Counted from the first letter of the stretch, positions 51,260 to 61,407 are shown. The stretch is 64,000 bases of DNA from Nitrospiraceae bacterium (GCA_037442105.1 JBBIQV010000012.1:1-64000); one strand, 5' to 3'. Made by a program: numbers and translations. The notes: generated from the sequence alone by a model not told the origin.

Positions 51260-51690
51260 TAAGGCTCGTTGCCTTACAGTACACGATGTTGGGGATCAAG
51301 CAGAGCGCGCCTGCAGAATGAAAGTGTGATCCCCGGACAACCTCCAACCAGGGAGGAGGTGGGTAATGGAAGACCTTAGTCCACCGGACTGGAACGGCCC
51401 GCCGAGTCAGAGGCGGGCTTCTCGTCGGTCATGCTAGCCGGTTCTCCACTGGCTGCGCCTCTCGGCGCAAAAGACCAACCGGATAGAAGCCTGATTGCGT
51501 GACGGGGAACTGGACGCTGGCGTGAGGAACACAAGCGCCTGGGGTGATTTTTCCCCCCGACCAGAAGCGTGATCCTTTCTTCCTCGCACGGGTCAGCGGT
51601 GAACCTCACAATACAATAAAAAATCTTGGCGCCCTAAGCGCCATCCACGGGCGGCCTCCCTCCTAGTCGATGGGCCGCCCGTGCTGTTTC
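51260..51690 (+). ncRNA. putative structured RNA, copy B; contains a 23-codon sORF at 51366-51437
   Basis: Diverged direct repeat of copy A with the same stems and invariant blocks; terminal hairpin 51646-51683. Confidence 0.7.
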
Positions 51691-51835
51691 AGAGCCAAGG
51701 GGTGCCGTTCTGCCGTGGTTGTCCGCGCGCGTAGTGGTGGCGAGTTCGTACAAACACCCCTTGCGGTTCAAGATCGATGCGGCATAAGATGGAATGCCAC
51801 TTTGCCCGCTGGCTTGCAGCACGGAGGGAGTGATT

Positions 51836-53116
51836 GTGTTCTGGGAAACGCGGCAACCGTCGAATACGCCCAACCGATCCTGTTCGTTTTGCGGAAAACG
51901 CCAAGGCGTGGTCCGTAACCTGATCCAGAGCCCCACGCCTTACAAGTGCGATTCCTGCCGGAGCGGATCCACGCTGCTGATCTGCGAGGAGTGCATTCAG
52001 CGCTGTTCCACTTTCGTGGATAAGGAACAAAACGGGGCGAAGGGCTCGTCCTGCTCCAAGCCGTTGGTGGTTCCCAAGCCGGCGGAGATCAAAGCGACGC
52101 TCGATGACTACGTGATCGGGCAGGATCGCGCCAAGAAAGTCCTCTCGGTTGCAGTGCACAACCACTATAAACGGATTTTGAACCGTGACCGGCTCACCCA
52201 CGTCGATCTGCAGAAGGGTAATATCATGATGATTGGGTCGACGGGGACCGGCAAGACGCTCCTGTCCCAGACCCTGGCGAAGATTCTCCACGTCCCTTTC
52301 GCCATCGCCGATGCCACCACCCTGACGGAGGCCGGCTACGTGGGAGAGGACGTCGAGAACGTGGTGCTCAAGCTCCTGCAGAACTGTGACTACGACGTGA
52401 AGCGGGCCGAAACGGGAATCATTTACATCGATGAGATCGACAAGATCAGCCGGAAGTCCGAGAGCGCCTCGCTGACGCGAGATGTGTCTGGCGAAGGTGT
52501 TCAGCAGGCGCTGCTGAAACTGGTGGAGGGGACCATCTGCAACGTGCCGCCGAAGGGCGGACGCAAACATCCGGAGCAGGACTACATCCGCGTGGATACT
52601 ACGAACATCTTATTTATCTGCGGCGGGGCCTTCGTGGGACTGGACCAGATCATCGCTCAGCGTACGACGTACAAGCGAGTAGGATTCGATGCGAGCGACC
52701 CGACGACTGAGATTGACGGCCACACCGACGCGCTCAGCCGCCTGCGCTCTGAGGACTTGCTGAAGTTCGGACTCATTCCGGAGTTTGTGGGCCGATTTCC
52801 CGTTCTGACGACCCTGTCAGACCTGGACGTTCCCGCCCTAATCCGCATCCTGACGGAACCCCGCCATGCGCTGGTCAAGCAGTATGAGGCGCTCTTCGAG
52901 CTCGAGGGGGTCCGGCTTCAGTTTACCGACGCGGCAGTGAAAGCCGTCGCGCGTCGTGCTGCATTGATGAAAACCGGCGCGCGGGCGCTCCGCACGATCC
53001 TGGAAGATGTCATGCTGGATCTCATGTACGATGTACCGACGATGGGCGGTGTGAAATCCGTGGTCATCACGGAAGAGGTCATCGCCGGGATCGGGCAGCC
53101 GCAGATCATCAACTAA
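51836..53116 (+). CDS. clpX: ATP-dependent Clp protease ATP-binding subunit ClpX, stand-alone copy
   Basis: CSFCGK...ICEEC zinc domain, [41 protein letters not shown] loop; start codon uncertain (51830 or 51836). Confidence 0.95.
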   Translation: MFWETRQPSNTPNRSCSFCGKRQGVVRNLIQSPTPYKCDSCRSGSTLLICEECIQRCSTFVDKEQNGAKGSSCSKPLVVPKPAEIKATLDDYVIGQDRAKKVLSVAVHNHYKRILNRDRLTHVDLQKGNIMMIGSTGTGKTLLSQTLAKILHVPFAIADATTLTEAGYVGEDVENVVLKLLQNCDYDVKRAETGIIYIDEIDKISRKSESASLTRDVSGEGVQQALLKLVEGTICNVPPKGGRKHPEQDYIRVDTTNILFICGGAFVGLDQIIAQRTTYKRVGFDASDPTTEIDGHTDALSRLRSEDLLKFGLIPEFVGRFPVLTTLSDLDVPALIRILTEPRHALVKQYEALFELEGVRLQFTDAAVKAVARRAALMKTGARALRTILEDVMLDLMYDVPTMGGVKSVVITEEVIAGIGQPQIIN

Positions 53117-53445
53117 ATGCAGCCCTGAAACCTCTGAAGACAATAAGGCAACAGCAGACCCCGAGCAACCAGTAGTTTCCGGGCTACCCGCTGTTCGTTG
53201 CTTGCGACTTGCCGCCAATTAGGCCGCCTGCCTGATCCGCCTTCCGCCCGTAGGGGCATCAGCGGAAAGATTCCCTTCGCCTAACATCGCAATCCGCCTG
53301 TGCTCGGCGTCGCTCTCTGTGCCCATTGCCCACGCCAGCAGCCATACGAGCGCACCCATCGTTCCGAGACCGATGATCTCGACCATATGCCACCTGCCTT
53401 TCCATCGAATCGCGCAGTCCTACGCACTCGTCGCCCGCGACAACC

Positions 53446-53655
53446 CTACGCGGCGTACCGACCGCTGGGTGGTGCCTCTCCGGCCGACTCAACCGGCTCG
53501 TCAGTCCTGTCGCCAGGGGCGCGAAGCGATCCCTTCACGTTGGAGTACAACAACTCCATGGATACGAAGAAGATCGCTACGAGCGCCACAAGGCCTGCCA
53601 CGATTCCCCAGTATCCCCATGACATAAGCAACTCACTCGCTTCCGACCACAACAT
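53446..53655 (-). CDS. small single-TM hypothetical protein
   Basis: GGGAGGG RBS, ATG at 53655, hydrophobic helix. Confidence 0.6.
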   Translation of the reverse strand: MLWSEASELLMSWGYWGIVAGLVALVAIFFVSMELLYSNVKGSLRAPGDRTDEPVESAGEAPPSGRYAA

Positions 53656-53695
53656 CCGTTCCCTCCCACAGAAGACCCGCTTTCGATCTCTTTGC

Positions 53696-54655
53696 TCAGG
53701 CAGTCTTCCGGTAGACGAGTTCGGCCTCCTCAGATTTCGCTTCTCTGACCGCCTCTTCTTCCGCCCCGGCCGAAGCGAGCGAAAGTCCGCCGCAGAAGAC
53801 ACTCACTAAGCCCAGGACTGCTGCGAAGAGGTAGCCGAGCGGGATCTCAGGCCAGGACGCCGGTTCTGTGGAGGCCACCGGTGCTGCCCCGGCTTTTGGT
53901 TCCGCCGCAGCGAGCTGGGCCAATCGGTCCGCCAGACTTTCCGTACGAACGGCGGCGACAACCGAACTAGCAAGTTGCTGCTGGTTTGCGGCAAGGGCTT
54001 CTTCTGAGGACGTTTGGGCTTGCGCCACATGCAGAATGGCATTGCCGATCCGTTCCTGGATCGAGCTGGCCAACCAGGCTTGTTCCTGGGCGGCTTCCAC
54101 GATCGCGCGTCCGAGATTCGCCTGCCGCATGGACAAGAAATTCTGATCAAGACGCTGCCCCATTACTTCCGTCAGCCGGATCAGACGGTCGTTGTACTCG
54201 GAGATATACCAGTCGTCCACCGGCATTCCTGTCCCGATCCCACGACGGGTGAAGTTTACGATGGCCCGTCCCATCACGGTCTGGACATGAGCCGCGTGAT
54301 CGCTAGGGCCGGTCGCCGCGCGACGGATCACGAGTTCCAGCGGGCCACCGGATGTGGCTTGCAGGACGTGATGAGCCATCGTGGCGCGGTTCAACTCCGA
54401 TACCGCGTCGGCGATGGTCCGAGAAGCGTGGCGTTCGAGGAGATATGTATCGACTAGAGCCTGGCCGAGGGCGGGCTGCAACCAAGTCATTCCGGCCAGA
54501 ATGCCGGAAGGTTGCTCGACCTCGACAGGGACCGGAGGCAACGTGGCTGCCTGCAAGGTTCCGTTGGCGGCTTCAAAGAGCAGGTACCCTCCGAAGATGA
54601 TGACGCACAACCCGACGGCGACGATCAGGTCAACTGGTTCATACTTGCGCATCAT
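53696..54655 (-). CDS. hypothetical protein with N- and C-terminal TM helices
   Basis: AAAGGAGG RBS; two hydrophobic segments flanking a helical domain. Confidence 0.75.
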   Translation of the reverse strand: MMRKYEPVDLIVAVGLCVIIFGGYLLFEAANGTLQAATLPPVPVEVEQPSGILAGMTWLQPALGQALVDTYLLERHASRTIADAVSELNRATMAHHVLQATSGGPLELVIRRAATGPSDHAAHVQTVMGRAIVNFTRRGIGTGMPVDDWYISEYNDRLIRLTEVMGQRLDQNFLSMRQANLGRAIVEAAQEQAWLASSIQERIGNAILHVAQAQTSSEEALAANQQQLASSVVAAVRTESLADRLAQLAAAEPKAGAAPVASTEPASWPEIPLGYLFAAVLGLVSVFCGGLSLASAGAEEEAVREAKSEEAELVYRKTA

Positions 54656-55156
54656 GGGAGCCTCCTTTCGAGTTCGGGCAAGTCTTCGCGCGGCAACCGC
54701 GCCGTGCGCCGGCTTGACCGAGATGCTGTGTCAGTTGATCCTGCAGATTTCAAGCAGGATGTCGTGTTGCGGATGTCAGCGACGTGGTCGGCGTTCAGAC
54801 GGGCTTCGGATAACTCGGGGTTGGCGCGGCAAGCAGGGACGAGATTGCGTAGAGGGGCTAAGCTAAAATGATTCCCTGGAAATAGGGGACTGATTGGGGC
54901 GAGGTCTGACCTGGCTCGCCAGGACCAGCGCGTCTGTTTACTACAGAAGATCATGCTACCACCTACCGATGAGACAGGCGGCCAGCGGAGAGAATGTTAG
55001 TCTATGCTTCGGTGAGCTGCTCGTCAAGTGGGCGCCTGGCGGCTGTTTGATATCCCGTATTTGTACTTAAGAATGCATTAATAACTTCCTGATTTTCCTT
55101 CGGTTTCATATTGTCATTAACGGTCGCACATGTTCCCTTTCCTGCCGCTGCCTGTT

Positions 55157-56143
55157 TTAGTTCTTGTGCAGCGGTTGGCGCTGGCTGGATGGTCCTCCGT
55201 CAGGGTTGGGCACCCTAGCTTGCGTTGCGCGCAAGGCTGCAAGCGCCTCCGACAACCTCGTTTCCAAAACCTGTGAGGCATCAAACTTCTTCAACTGCAA
55301 GCGGTCCTGAGTCACCTGGAACATCGCCTTTTGCGGAACCAGACCGATCACCTCGCTTTCTAGTACCCGTATGCCGCGCGCAGCCGCTTCCTGTTTCACC
55401 GCGTCGAACGCGGTCTGGATCGAGGTCTGCTCGAAGTCCGTGAGGTTCATGGAGACTTGCACCAGGTCGCGGCTTGCCAACTTCACCCCGATGGCCTTCA
55501 CGCAGGGCAACCCTCCACTTGAAAACCGGACCTTCTTCGCAATGGCCTTCGCAATGTTCAGGTCACTCGTCATCAAGTTGACATTGAACGCGATAAGCGG
55601 TTTCCTCGCTCCCACCACCGTCACGCCGGCCGTTTGGTGCGGCGCCACAGGGCCGTAGTCAGGATGCCACGCTGGGTCCGTCCTCATGCGGTGTGTCAGC
55701 GAGACGAGTCCCCCTTTGCGGATCGCCGCCAGGCTCGTCCGCTGAGCGCGACTGGCAGCTTGTTGGTAGAGGAATACGGGGATCTCAAGTTCGGACCCGA
55801 TACGACGACCAAGGCTGTGCGCCAGGGCGATGCAGTCTTCCATCGTGACTCCCCGAATCGGGATCAACGGCACTACATCCGTCGAGCCAACTCGGGGATG
55901 CTCCCCTTGGTGCTCCCTGAGGTCGATCAGGTTCTTGGCCGTCTTCACGGCTCGAAAGGCTGCTTCAGCCACCGCCTCCGGCCTGCCGGCGAAAGTCAGC
56001 ACCGCCCGGTTGTGATCCATGTCCATCGTCTGATCCAGCAGGCACACGTCTGGCACTGCGCGCACGGTTGCCGCGAGTGCCTGAATAACCTCCCGGCTCC
56101 GCCCTTCACTGAAATTGGGCACGCATTCGACGATACGGTCCAC
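55157..56143 (-). CDS. glutamate formiminotransferase (FTCD N-terminal domains only)
   Basis: VECVPNFSEGR, DHNRAV, HQGEHPRVG..DVVP, GARKPLIAFNVNL, QVSMNL. Confidence 0.92.
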   Translation of the reverse strand: MDRIVECVPNFSEGRSREVIQALAATVRAVPDVCLLDQTMDMDHNRAVLTFAGRPEAVAEAAFRAVKTAKNLIDLREHQGEHPRVGSTDVVPLIPIRGVTMEDCIALAHSLGRRIGSELEIPVFLYQQAASRAQRTSLAAIRKGGLVSLTHRMRTDPAWHPDYGPVAPHQTAGVTVVGARKPLIAFNVNLMTSDLNIAKAIAKKVRFSSGGLPCVKAIGVKLASRDLVQVSMNLTDFEQTSIQTAFDAVKQEAAARGIRVLESEVIGLVPQKAMFQVTQDRLQLKKFDASQVLETRLSEALAALRATQARVPNPDGGPSSQRQPLHKN

Positions 56144-56265
56144 GCCCTTCCCTCACCAAGTTAGGAGCCTGCGACGAACATGGCGAAAAGAAAAGCCGGA
56201 GGCATGATCTCCACGCCTCCGGCTCCATTCACGGCTTAATGCGTCGTCTGGAAAAGCCCCGCCGC

Positions 56266-56511
56266 CTATTTGGTCTTCCTCACGAAGGCCTTGTACACTC
56301 GTTTTGTCTGACTCTGCTCTTCTTCCAGTCCCAGCATCAGGTGGCCGGTTTGCTGGCACCAGGCCGGCATATCCTTCTTGATACCCTCGTCGTCGGATAC
56401 CACCTCAAGCACCTGGCCCAGGGAAAGTTCCTTGATCTTCTTCGACGTCATGATGATCGGCATAGGACAGAAGTAGCCGAGCGCATCAAGTTTCACATCG
56501 GATTGCAGCAT
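56266..56511 (-). CDS. TusA-family sulfur carrier
   Basis: LDALGYFCPMP, LEVVSDD. Confidence 0.9.
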   Translation of the reverse strand: MLQSDVKLDALGYFCPMPIIMTSKKIKELSLGQVLEVVSDDEGIKKDMPAWCQQTGHLMLGLEEEQSQTKRVYKAFVRKTK

Positions 56512-56597
56512 AAAAATCCTCTTCGCGAACAGAGAATCAAGAACAGCTCAGATCTGGTCTACGCTGCTACAAGCTGTCAGCTATTCGCTACTAGCTT

Positions 56598-57128
56598 CTA
56601 AATGAACAGATTGACGCTTCCCTGTTTTGCTTCGGCCAGATACGTCGTGACCCCCGCGAACTGATCGATACCCTCGATCAACGTATCTTTGGTGATCCCC
56701 ATTAGCCCCATCGTCGTGGTGCAGGCGATGAATCGGACCCCCAGGTCCATCGCCGTCTGCATCAGTTCAGGCACGCCCGGCATGCGATTCTGCCGCATGA
56801 CGACCTGCATCATCCTGGTCCCCAATCCCCAGAAATGGAATCGCGACAAGGGCAGAATCTCGGCCCCGCCTTTGTTCAACCACCCGAACATCCGTCGGAG
56901 CCAATCTGACGCAGCGCTCGTGGCTCCTTTCCGGCGAATGGCGTTCAATCCCCAGAAGGTAAAAAACATCGTCACCTGCATCCCCATTGCGGCAGCACCG
57001 GTGGCGATAATGAAAGCCGCCATAGCGCGGTCCAAATCCCCGCTCAGGAGGACGATCGTCACTTTATCCGGTTTGCTTTCTTGAAGCTCAGCCAACGCGG
57101 CGGCTGGCTCGATCTGAGTGGTATTCAT
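56598..57128 (-). CDS. DsrE2-like (DsrE/DsrF/DrsH family) protein
   Basis: SGDLDRA.AAFIIA.GAAAMG..VTMFFTFWGL, ACTTTM. Confidence 0.9.
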   Translation of the reverse strand: MNTTQIEPAAALAELQESKPDKVTIVLLSGDLDRAMAAFIIATGAAAMGMQVTMFFTFWGLNAIRRKGATSAASDWLRRMFGWLNKGGAEILPLSRFHFWGLGTRMMQVVMRQNRMPGVPELMQTAMDLGVRFIACTTTMGLMGITKDTLIEGIDQFAGVTTYLAEAKQGSVNLFI

Positions 57129-57345
57129 GGCTTCACCTCATTATGCGCTGGTGATCTCCGCGCGATCCACACACCGAAACAGCATAGTATGTGGTTCTTT
57201 TTCTTGTCAAGGAACGGGGGAACAGGGCGGCAGGATAGACAGGTGTGGCTCACTGGCTTGACGTTCGGTCACCTAGTCGTTATAGTCGCGCCCGGACTGT
57301 TTCGGTAGTCTTGGCCGGTCCTCTCACGCACTTCCTTCCTCATAC

Positions 57346-58437
57346 ATGAACGCTGACATCATCACCGACGTCACTCCCCTGAAAGGCGGCCCTCTGTTCG
57401 GCTTCTGGTATCCGGCCCTGCCGAGCAGCAAGTTGCGGTCTGGGACGATGCAGCCGCTCCTCATGCTCGGATTGCCGATTCTCCTGTGCCGCGATCGACA
57501 GGGCAACGTGGCCGCGATGCGGGATCTCTGCCCGCATCGCGGCATGCCGCTGTCGTTCGGAAGGTTTGACGGCGAACGTGTGGAATGCCCTTTCCATGGC
57601 TGGCAATTCGACCTGACGGGCCGCTGCCGGCACATCCCCGCCCTGGTAGGTAATGGGACGGCGCTCCAAGCCGACAAAATCGGCATCATGTCCTATCCCT
57701 GCGAAGAACAAGACCACTATATCTGGATCTACATTCCTGACAGTAAGGGAACATCCATCACCCTGCCGGAGGTGCCGAGGCTCCCACTCCTTTCAAAACC
57801 GTATCAGTTTTTTGATTTGTCTCTTACCTATCGTTGTACGGCTGATGAAGGGGTAGTGGGACTCATCGACCCGGCCCATGTCCCGTTTGTTCACCAAAAT
57901 TTCTGGTGGCGGAGACAGGCCAAAATGCACGAGAAGACGAAGGCCTTCGAGCCCATTCCCAACGGCTTTCGCATGGTCGCTCACGCCCCATCGAAAATGA
58001 GCGGCCCCTACAAACTCCTCACCATGTTCTACGGCGGCCCCTTGACCACGACGATCGATTTCGTGCTCCCGAACCTGCGGTACGAACTTATTCAATGCGG
58101 GTCTTTGTGGGTCTCGACACGCCTGTCGGCCACGCCAACTTCGGACCAAGAATGTCGGGCCGATTATTGTGCCGCTTGGAATTGTTTCCCCTGGCTTCCC
58201 TTTGGGAGGTTTATCTTTCGCTTGTTCACAGGGATGTTTCTGTCTCAGGACAAGATCGCATTCAGACGACAAGAGATCGGGTTTCGCTACAAGCCATCGT
58301 TGATGTTAGTCGGTGACGCCGACACGCCTGCCAAGTGGTATTACAAACTCAAAGCCGCACATCTTGCAGCGGCACAGACCGGCCAGCCCCTCGACCATCC
58401 TTTGAAGGGACCCGTAACGCTCCGCTGGCGGACTTAA
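57346..58437 (+). CDS. Rieske non-heme iron oxygenase alpha subunit
   Basis: CPHRG...CPFHGW Rieske motif; DPAHVPFVH iron motif. Confidence 0.9.
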   Translation: MNADIITDVTPLKGGPLFGFWYPALPSSKLRSGTMQPLLMLGLPILLCRDRQGNVAAMRDLCPHRGMPLSFGRFDGERVECPFHGWQFDLTGRCRHIPALVGNGTALQADKIGIMSYPCEEQDHYIWIYIPDSKGTSITLPEVPRLPLLSKPYQFFDLSLTYRCTADEGVVGLIDPAHVPFVHQNFWWRRQAKMHEKTKAFEPIPNGFRMVAHAPSKMSGPYKLLTMFYGGPLTTTIDFVLPNLRYELIQCGSLWVSTRLSATPTSDQECRADYCAAWNCFPWLPFGRFIFRLFTGMFLSQDKIAFRRQEIGFRYKPSLMLVGDADTPAKWYYKLKAAHLAAAQTGQPLDHPLKGPVTLRWRT

Positions 58438-58547
58438 CCCGGAGACGCTGTTCCAACTGGCGTGCTCGCCACTCAGTCGGCCAACATCCTGTTCAAGGAT
58501 GCCGCCTTCTTCGTGGCGGCGCTGGATCGGACCTGGATCGAGAGGAG

Positions 58548-60557
58548 TTACTCGCCGCCTGGTATGTCCGCGAGCAGTCCGATCGCGCGTCGGATCTGTG
58601 TGCGCGATCCGAGCAACACCACGACATCGCCGGCATCGAGTTTCACTTTCTCCGGGGGGTTGGATTGCGTCACGCCTTGGCGGGTCCAGGCAATCACCGA
58701 TGCGCCCGTCATCGGCCGGATCGAAAGATCTGCGAGTGTTTTGCCCACCGCCGGCGAGTCGTCCTCGATCCGGCAGGTCTCGACCTCCACATCCGTCAAG
58801 GTGCCACCGCGCAAATAATGGGCGAGTTCCGGTAACTCACTTCGCCGGAGCAGGGCATAGCCTTCCCGCCTGATCTGCTCCGCCTTCTTCGACACAAACT
58901 CAGGCGGCAACCCATATGTGCGCAGGACGAGCGCGAAGATTTCGATGGACGTCTCGAATTCTTCCGGCACCACATCATCGGCGCCGAGTTCGTGCAATTC
59001 TTCCAGTTCGCGCAGATATCGAGTGCGGACGACGATGTGAATCTTGGGATTCAGCCCCCGCACGACCTGCACGGTCCGCCTCGCGGAGAACGGATCGGAG
59101 ATCGCTATGACTAGGACCCGCGCATCCTCGATTCGAACATGCCGGAGCACGTTCTGATTCGTCGCATCTCCATAATAGATCGGCACGCCGTGCTGGGCTT
59201 CCCGCCGGACCGTGTCTCCATCGAGATCAAGCGCCACGTAGGGGATTTCCGTCTCGCTCAGCACGCGAGCAAGATTGCGGCCGTTCAGCCCGTACCCGGC
59301 GATGATCACGTGGTCTTTGATCTTCAAAAACCGACCTTCGACTTCGGCGGCATGGGACATGGTCCGCCCCGGAAGCCACCGGTGCAGCCGCTGTAAGGCC
59401 TCTGTCCGCCTCGCGAGGTGCGGCGACCACTGGATAAAGAAGGGCGTGATCATCATGGTGAGCACCGACACGGCAAGGAACAGTTGATACAGATCGCCCC
59501 TGAGCAGGCCGGCTTCCTGGCCTCCTTGCGCCAGGATAAAGCTGAACTCACCGACTTGCGCCAGCGCCACACCGGCCATGACGGCAGAGCGCGGGGGGGT
59601 GCCCATAGCCAGCACAGCACCCGCACCTGTAACAAATTTCCCAACGAGGACCGACACCAGCAGAGCCAGGATAAGGAAGGGATGGTCCACGACTACTCGC
59701 CAGTCCATCAAGATGCCGATCGACACGAAGAAGAGGCTGTTGAAACTATCGCGGAATGGGAGCACCTCAGCCATCGCCTGATGGCTATACTCGGACTCGG
59801 AAATCACGAGCCCCGCAATGAAAGCTCCGAGCGCCAGCGAGAGTCCGCCGAGCGAGGTCAGCCAGGCGATACCGAGGCACAGGACGATAATGGTCAAGAG
59901 GAACAGCTCACGGCTGCGGCTGCGGACGATAACCTCCAGCAGCATCGGTACCAGATACCATGTAGCCGCGACGATGAACCCCACGACCATGACAGACGTC
60001 CCAAGGGTAAGCAGAACGGTCATCAACGAATCCTCGTTGGAGGATGCGAGAATCGGGGTCAGCAGCATCATGGGCACGACGGCCAGATCCTGGAAGATCA
60101 AGATACCGATTGTTGCCCGCCCGTGAATCGTGTCGCTATCGCCGCGCTCCCCCAACGCTTTCAGCACGATCGCGGTGCTGCTCAGTGAAAGCAGAAACCC
60201 CCAGAAGATGCCTTGTCGCACTGAGAGTCCTCCGACAACCGCGCAGAGTGTGGCAAGAACCAACACGCCCCCGACCTGGATCGGCGCCGCAATCATCAGA
60301 AGCCGCCGCGAGGCGGCAAGGCTGGTTAAGGAAAACTCGATGCCGATGGTGAAGAGCAGCAACACGACGCCGATCTCGGCCAGGATCTGCACCTGGTCCA
60401 TATTCGATACCAGATGCAGCCCGTGCGGACCGATCAGGGCCCCTGCGACGAGAAACCCGGTGATAGAGGGCAGACGAAACTGGTGGAACAGGAACACCAC
60501 CGCGATCGACACGGTGAAGATGACGAGGAGATCGCCAAGGACGTTATAATCAGTCAT
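58548..60557 (-). CDS. CPA2 cation:proton antiporter with TrkA-N and TrkA-C domains
   Basis: AEIGVVLLLF.IG.E, SLSSTAIV, ILIFQD, QVGEFSF, GYGLNG, YGDAT. Confidence 0.93.
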   Translation of the reverse strand: MTDYNVLGDLLVIFTVSIAVVFLFHQFRLPSITGFLVAGALIGPHGLHLVSNMDQVQILAEIGVVLLLFTIGIEFSLTSLAASRRLLMIAAPIQVGGVLVLATLCAVVGGLSVRQGIFWGFLLSLSSTAIVLKALGERGDSDTIHGRATIGILIFQDLAVVPMMLLTPILASSNEDSLMTVLLTLGTSVMVVGFIVAATWYLVPMLLEVIVRSRSRELFLLTIIVLCLGIAWLTSLGGLSLALGAFIAGLVISESEYSHQAMAEVLPFRDSFNSLFFVSIGILMDWRVVVDHPFLILALLVSVLVGKFVTGAGAVLAMGTPPRSAVMAGVALAQVGEFSFILAQGGQEAGLLRGDLYQLFLAVSVLTMMITPFFIQWSPHLARRTEALQRLHRWLPGRTMSHAAEVEGRFLKIKDHVIIAGYGLNGRNLARVLSETEIPYVALDLDGDTVRREAQHGVPIYYGDATNQNVLRHVRIEDARVLVIAISDPFSARRTVQVVRGLNPKIHIVVRTRYLRELEELHELGADDVVPEEFETSIEIFALVLRTYGLPPEFVSKKAEQIRREGYALLRRSELPELAHYLRGGTLTDVEVETCRIEDDSPAVGKTLADLSIRPMTGASVIAWTRQGVTQSNPPEKVKLDAGDVVVLLGSRTQIRRAIGLLADIPGGE

Positions 60558-60699
60558 GGAAGCGCCGGATTATCACATGCCAAAGAGGGGTTAAGCGATG
60601 CACGAGCGGAGAATACCTGAGCGACACGAAACGGACAAGTCGAAGGTGCTTGTTCGGTAACGGACAGTCGGCCACAGTGAAGCCCGGCTACACGACACC

Positions 60700-61407
60700 A
60701 TGACAGAAAGCTACCGGTTCCGAGCCATCATTTTCGATTTCAACGGCGTCATCGCCGATGACGAGACTCCTCATTTAGTATCCTTCCAACAGGCACTGGC
60801 CGACCATGGCCTCTCCCTCACGAAAGACGAGTACTACGGCACCTACCTCGGCATGGATGAGCGGACCTGTGCGGCAGCCCTGCTCACCCGTCGGTATGGA
60901 TCAAGTGACCCGACGACGCTCCAGGCGATCATACAGCGCAAGGCGGCGTTGTTCCAGGAGTACACTGCAACGAACAAGCCGCAGTTGTTCCCGGGTGTCG
61001 TTGAATTTGTGAACCAGGCAGGACGGCGCTACCGGCTGGCCATCGCGTCGGGCGGCAGGCGGGAACAAATCGACTACGCGCTCAGCGGCACCCCTATCGA
61101 GAAGGATTTTGCGGTGATCGTCTCGGCAGACGACATCGCCGTCGGTAAACCGGATCCGGCGATCTATGAATTCACGTTGAAGCTCATCAACGGGACCAGG
61201 CCCATGCCGCCGCTCATCACGGCAGCGCAATGTCTGGTTATCGAAGACTCGCGGGCCGGTATCCGCTCAGCGTTGTCGGCAGGTATGAAGGTGCTGGCCC
61301 TCGCGACAACGTACCCTTCCCACGATCTCACCGAGGCGCATCTTGTCCTGCCGAATCTGGAACGTTGCACGCCGGAGGACATTGACCGAAAACTCGCCCC
61401 CCTCTAA
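60700..61407 (+). CDS. HAD family phosphatase
   Basis: FDFNGVIAD, GKPDP, VIEDS..GI. Confidence 0.9.
   Translation: MTESYRFRAIIFDFNGVIADDETPHLVSFQQALADHGLSLTKDEYYGTYLGMDERTCAAALLTRRYGSSDPTTLQAIIQRKAALFQEYTATNKPQLFPGVVEFVNQAGRRYRLAIASGGRREQIDYALSGTPIEKDFAVIVSADDIAVGKPDPAIYEFTLKLINGTRPMPPLITAAQCLVIEDSRAGIRSALSAGMKVLALATTYPSHDLTEAHLVLPNLERCTPEDIDRKLAPL

Noticed and set aside
50710..51690. CRISPR array or known riboswitch explanation for the tandem repeats
   Set aside because: Only two long diverged units with no short repeat-spacer pattern, and no cobalamin, TPP, SAM, glycine, c-di-GMP or T-box consensus recognisable by eye
50623..51936. ORF-track ORFs over the RNA region (50623-50937, 50864-51058, 50985-51347, 51376-51609, 51634-51936)
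   Set aside because: Frames are not conserved between the two homologous copies and lack RBS support
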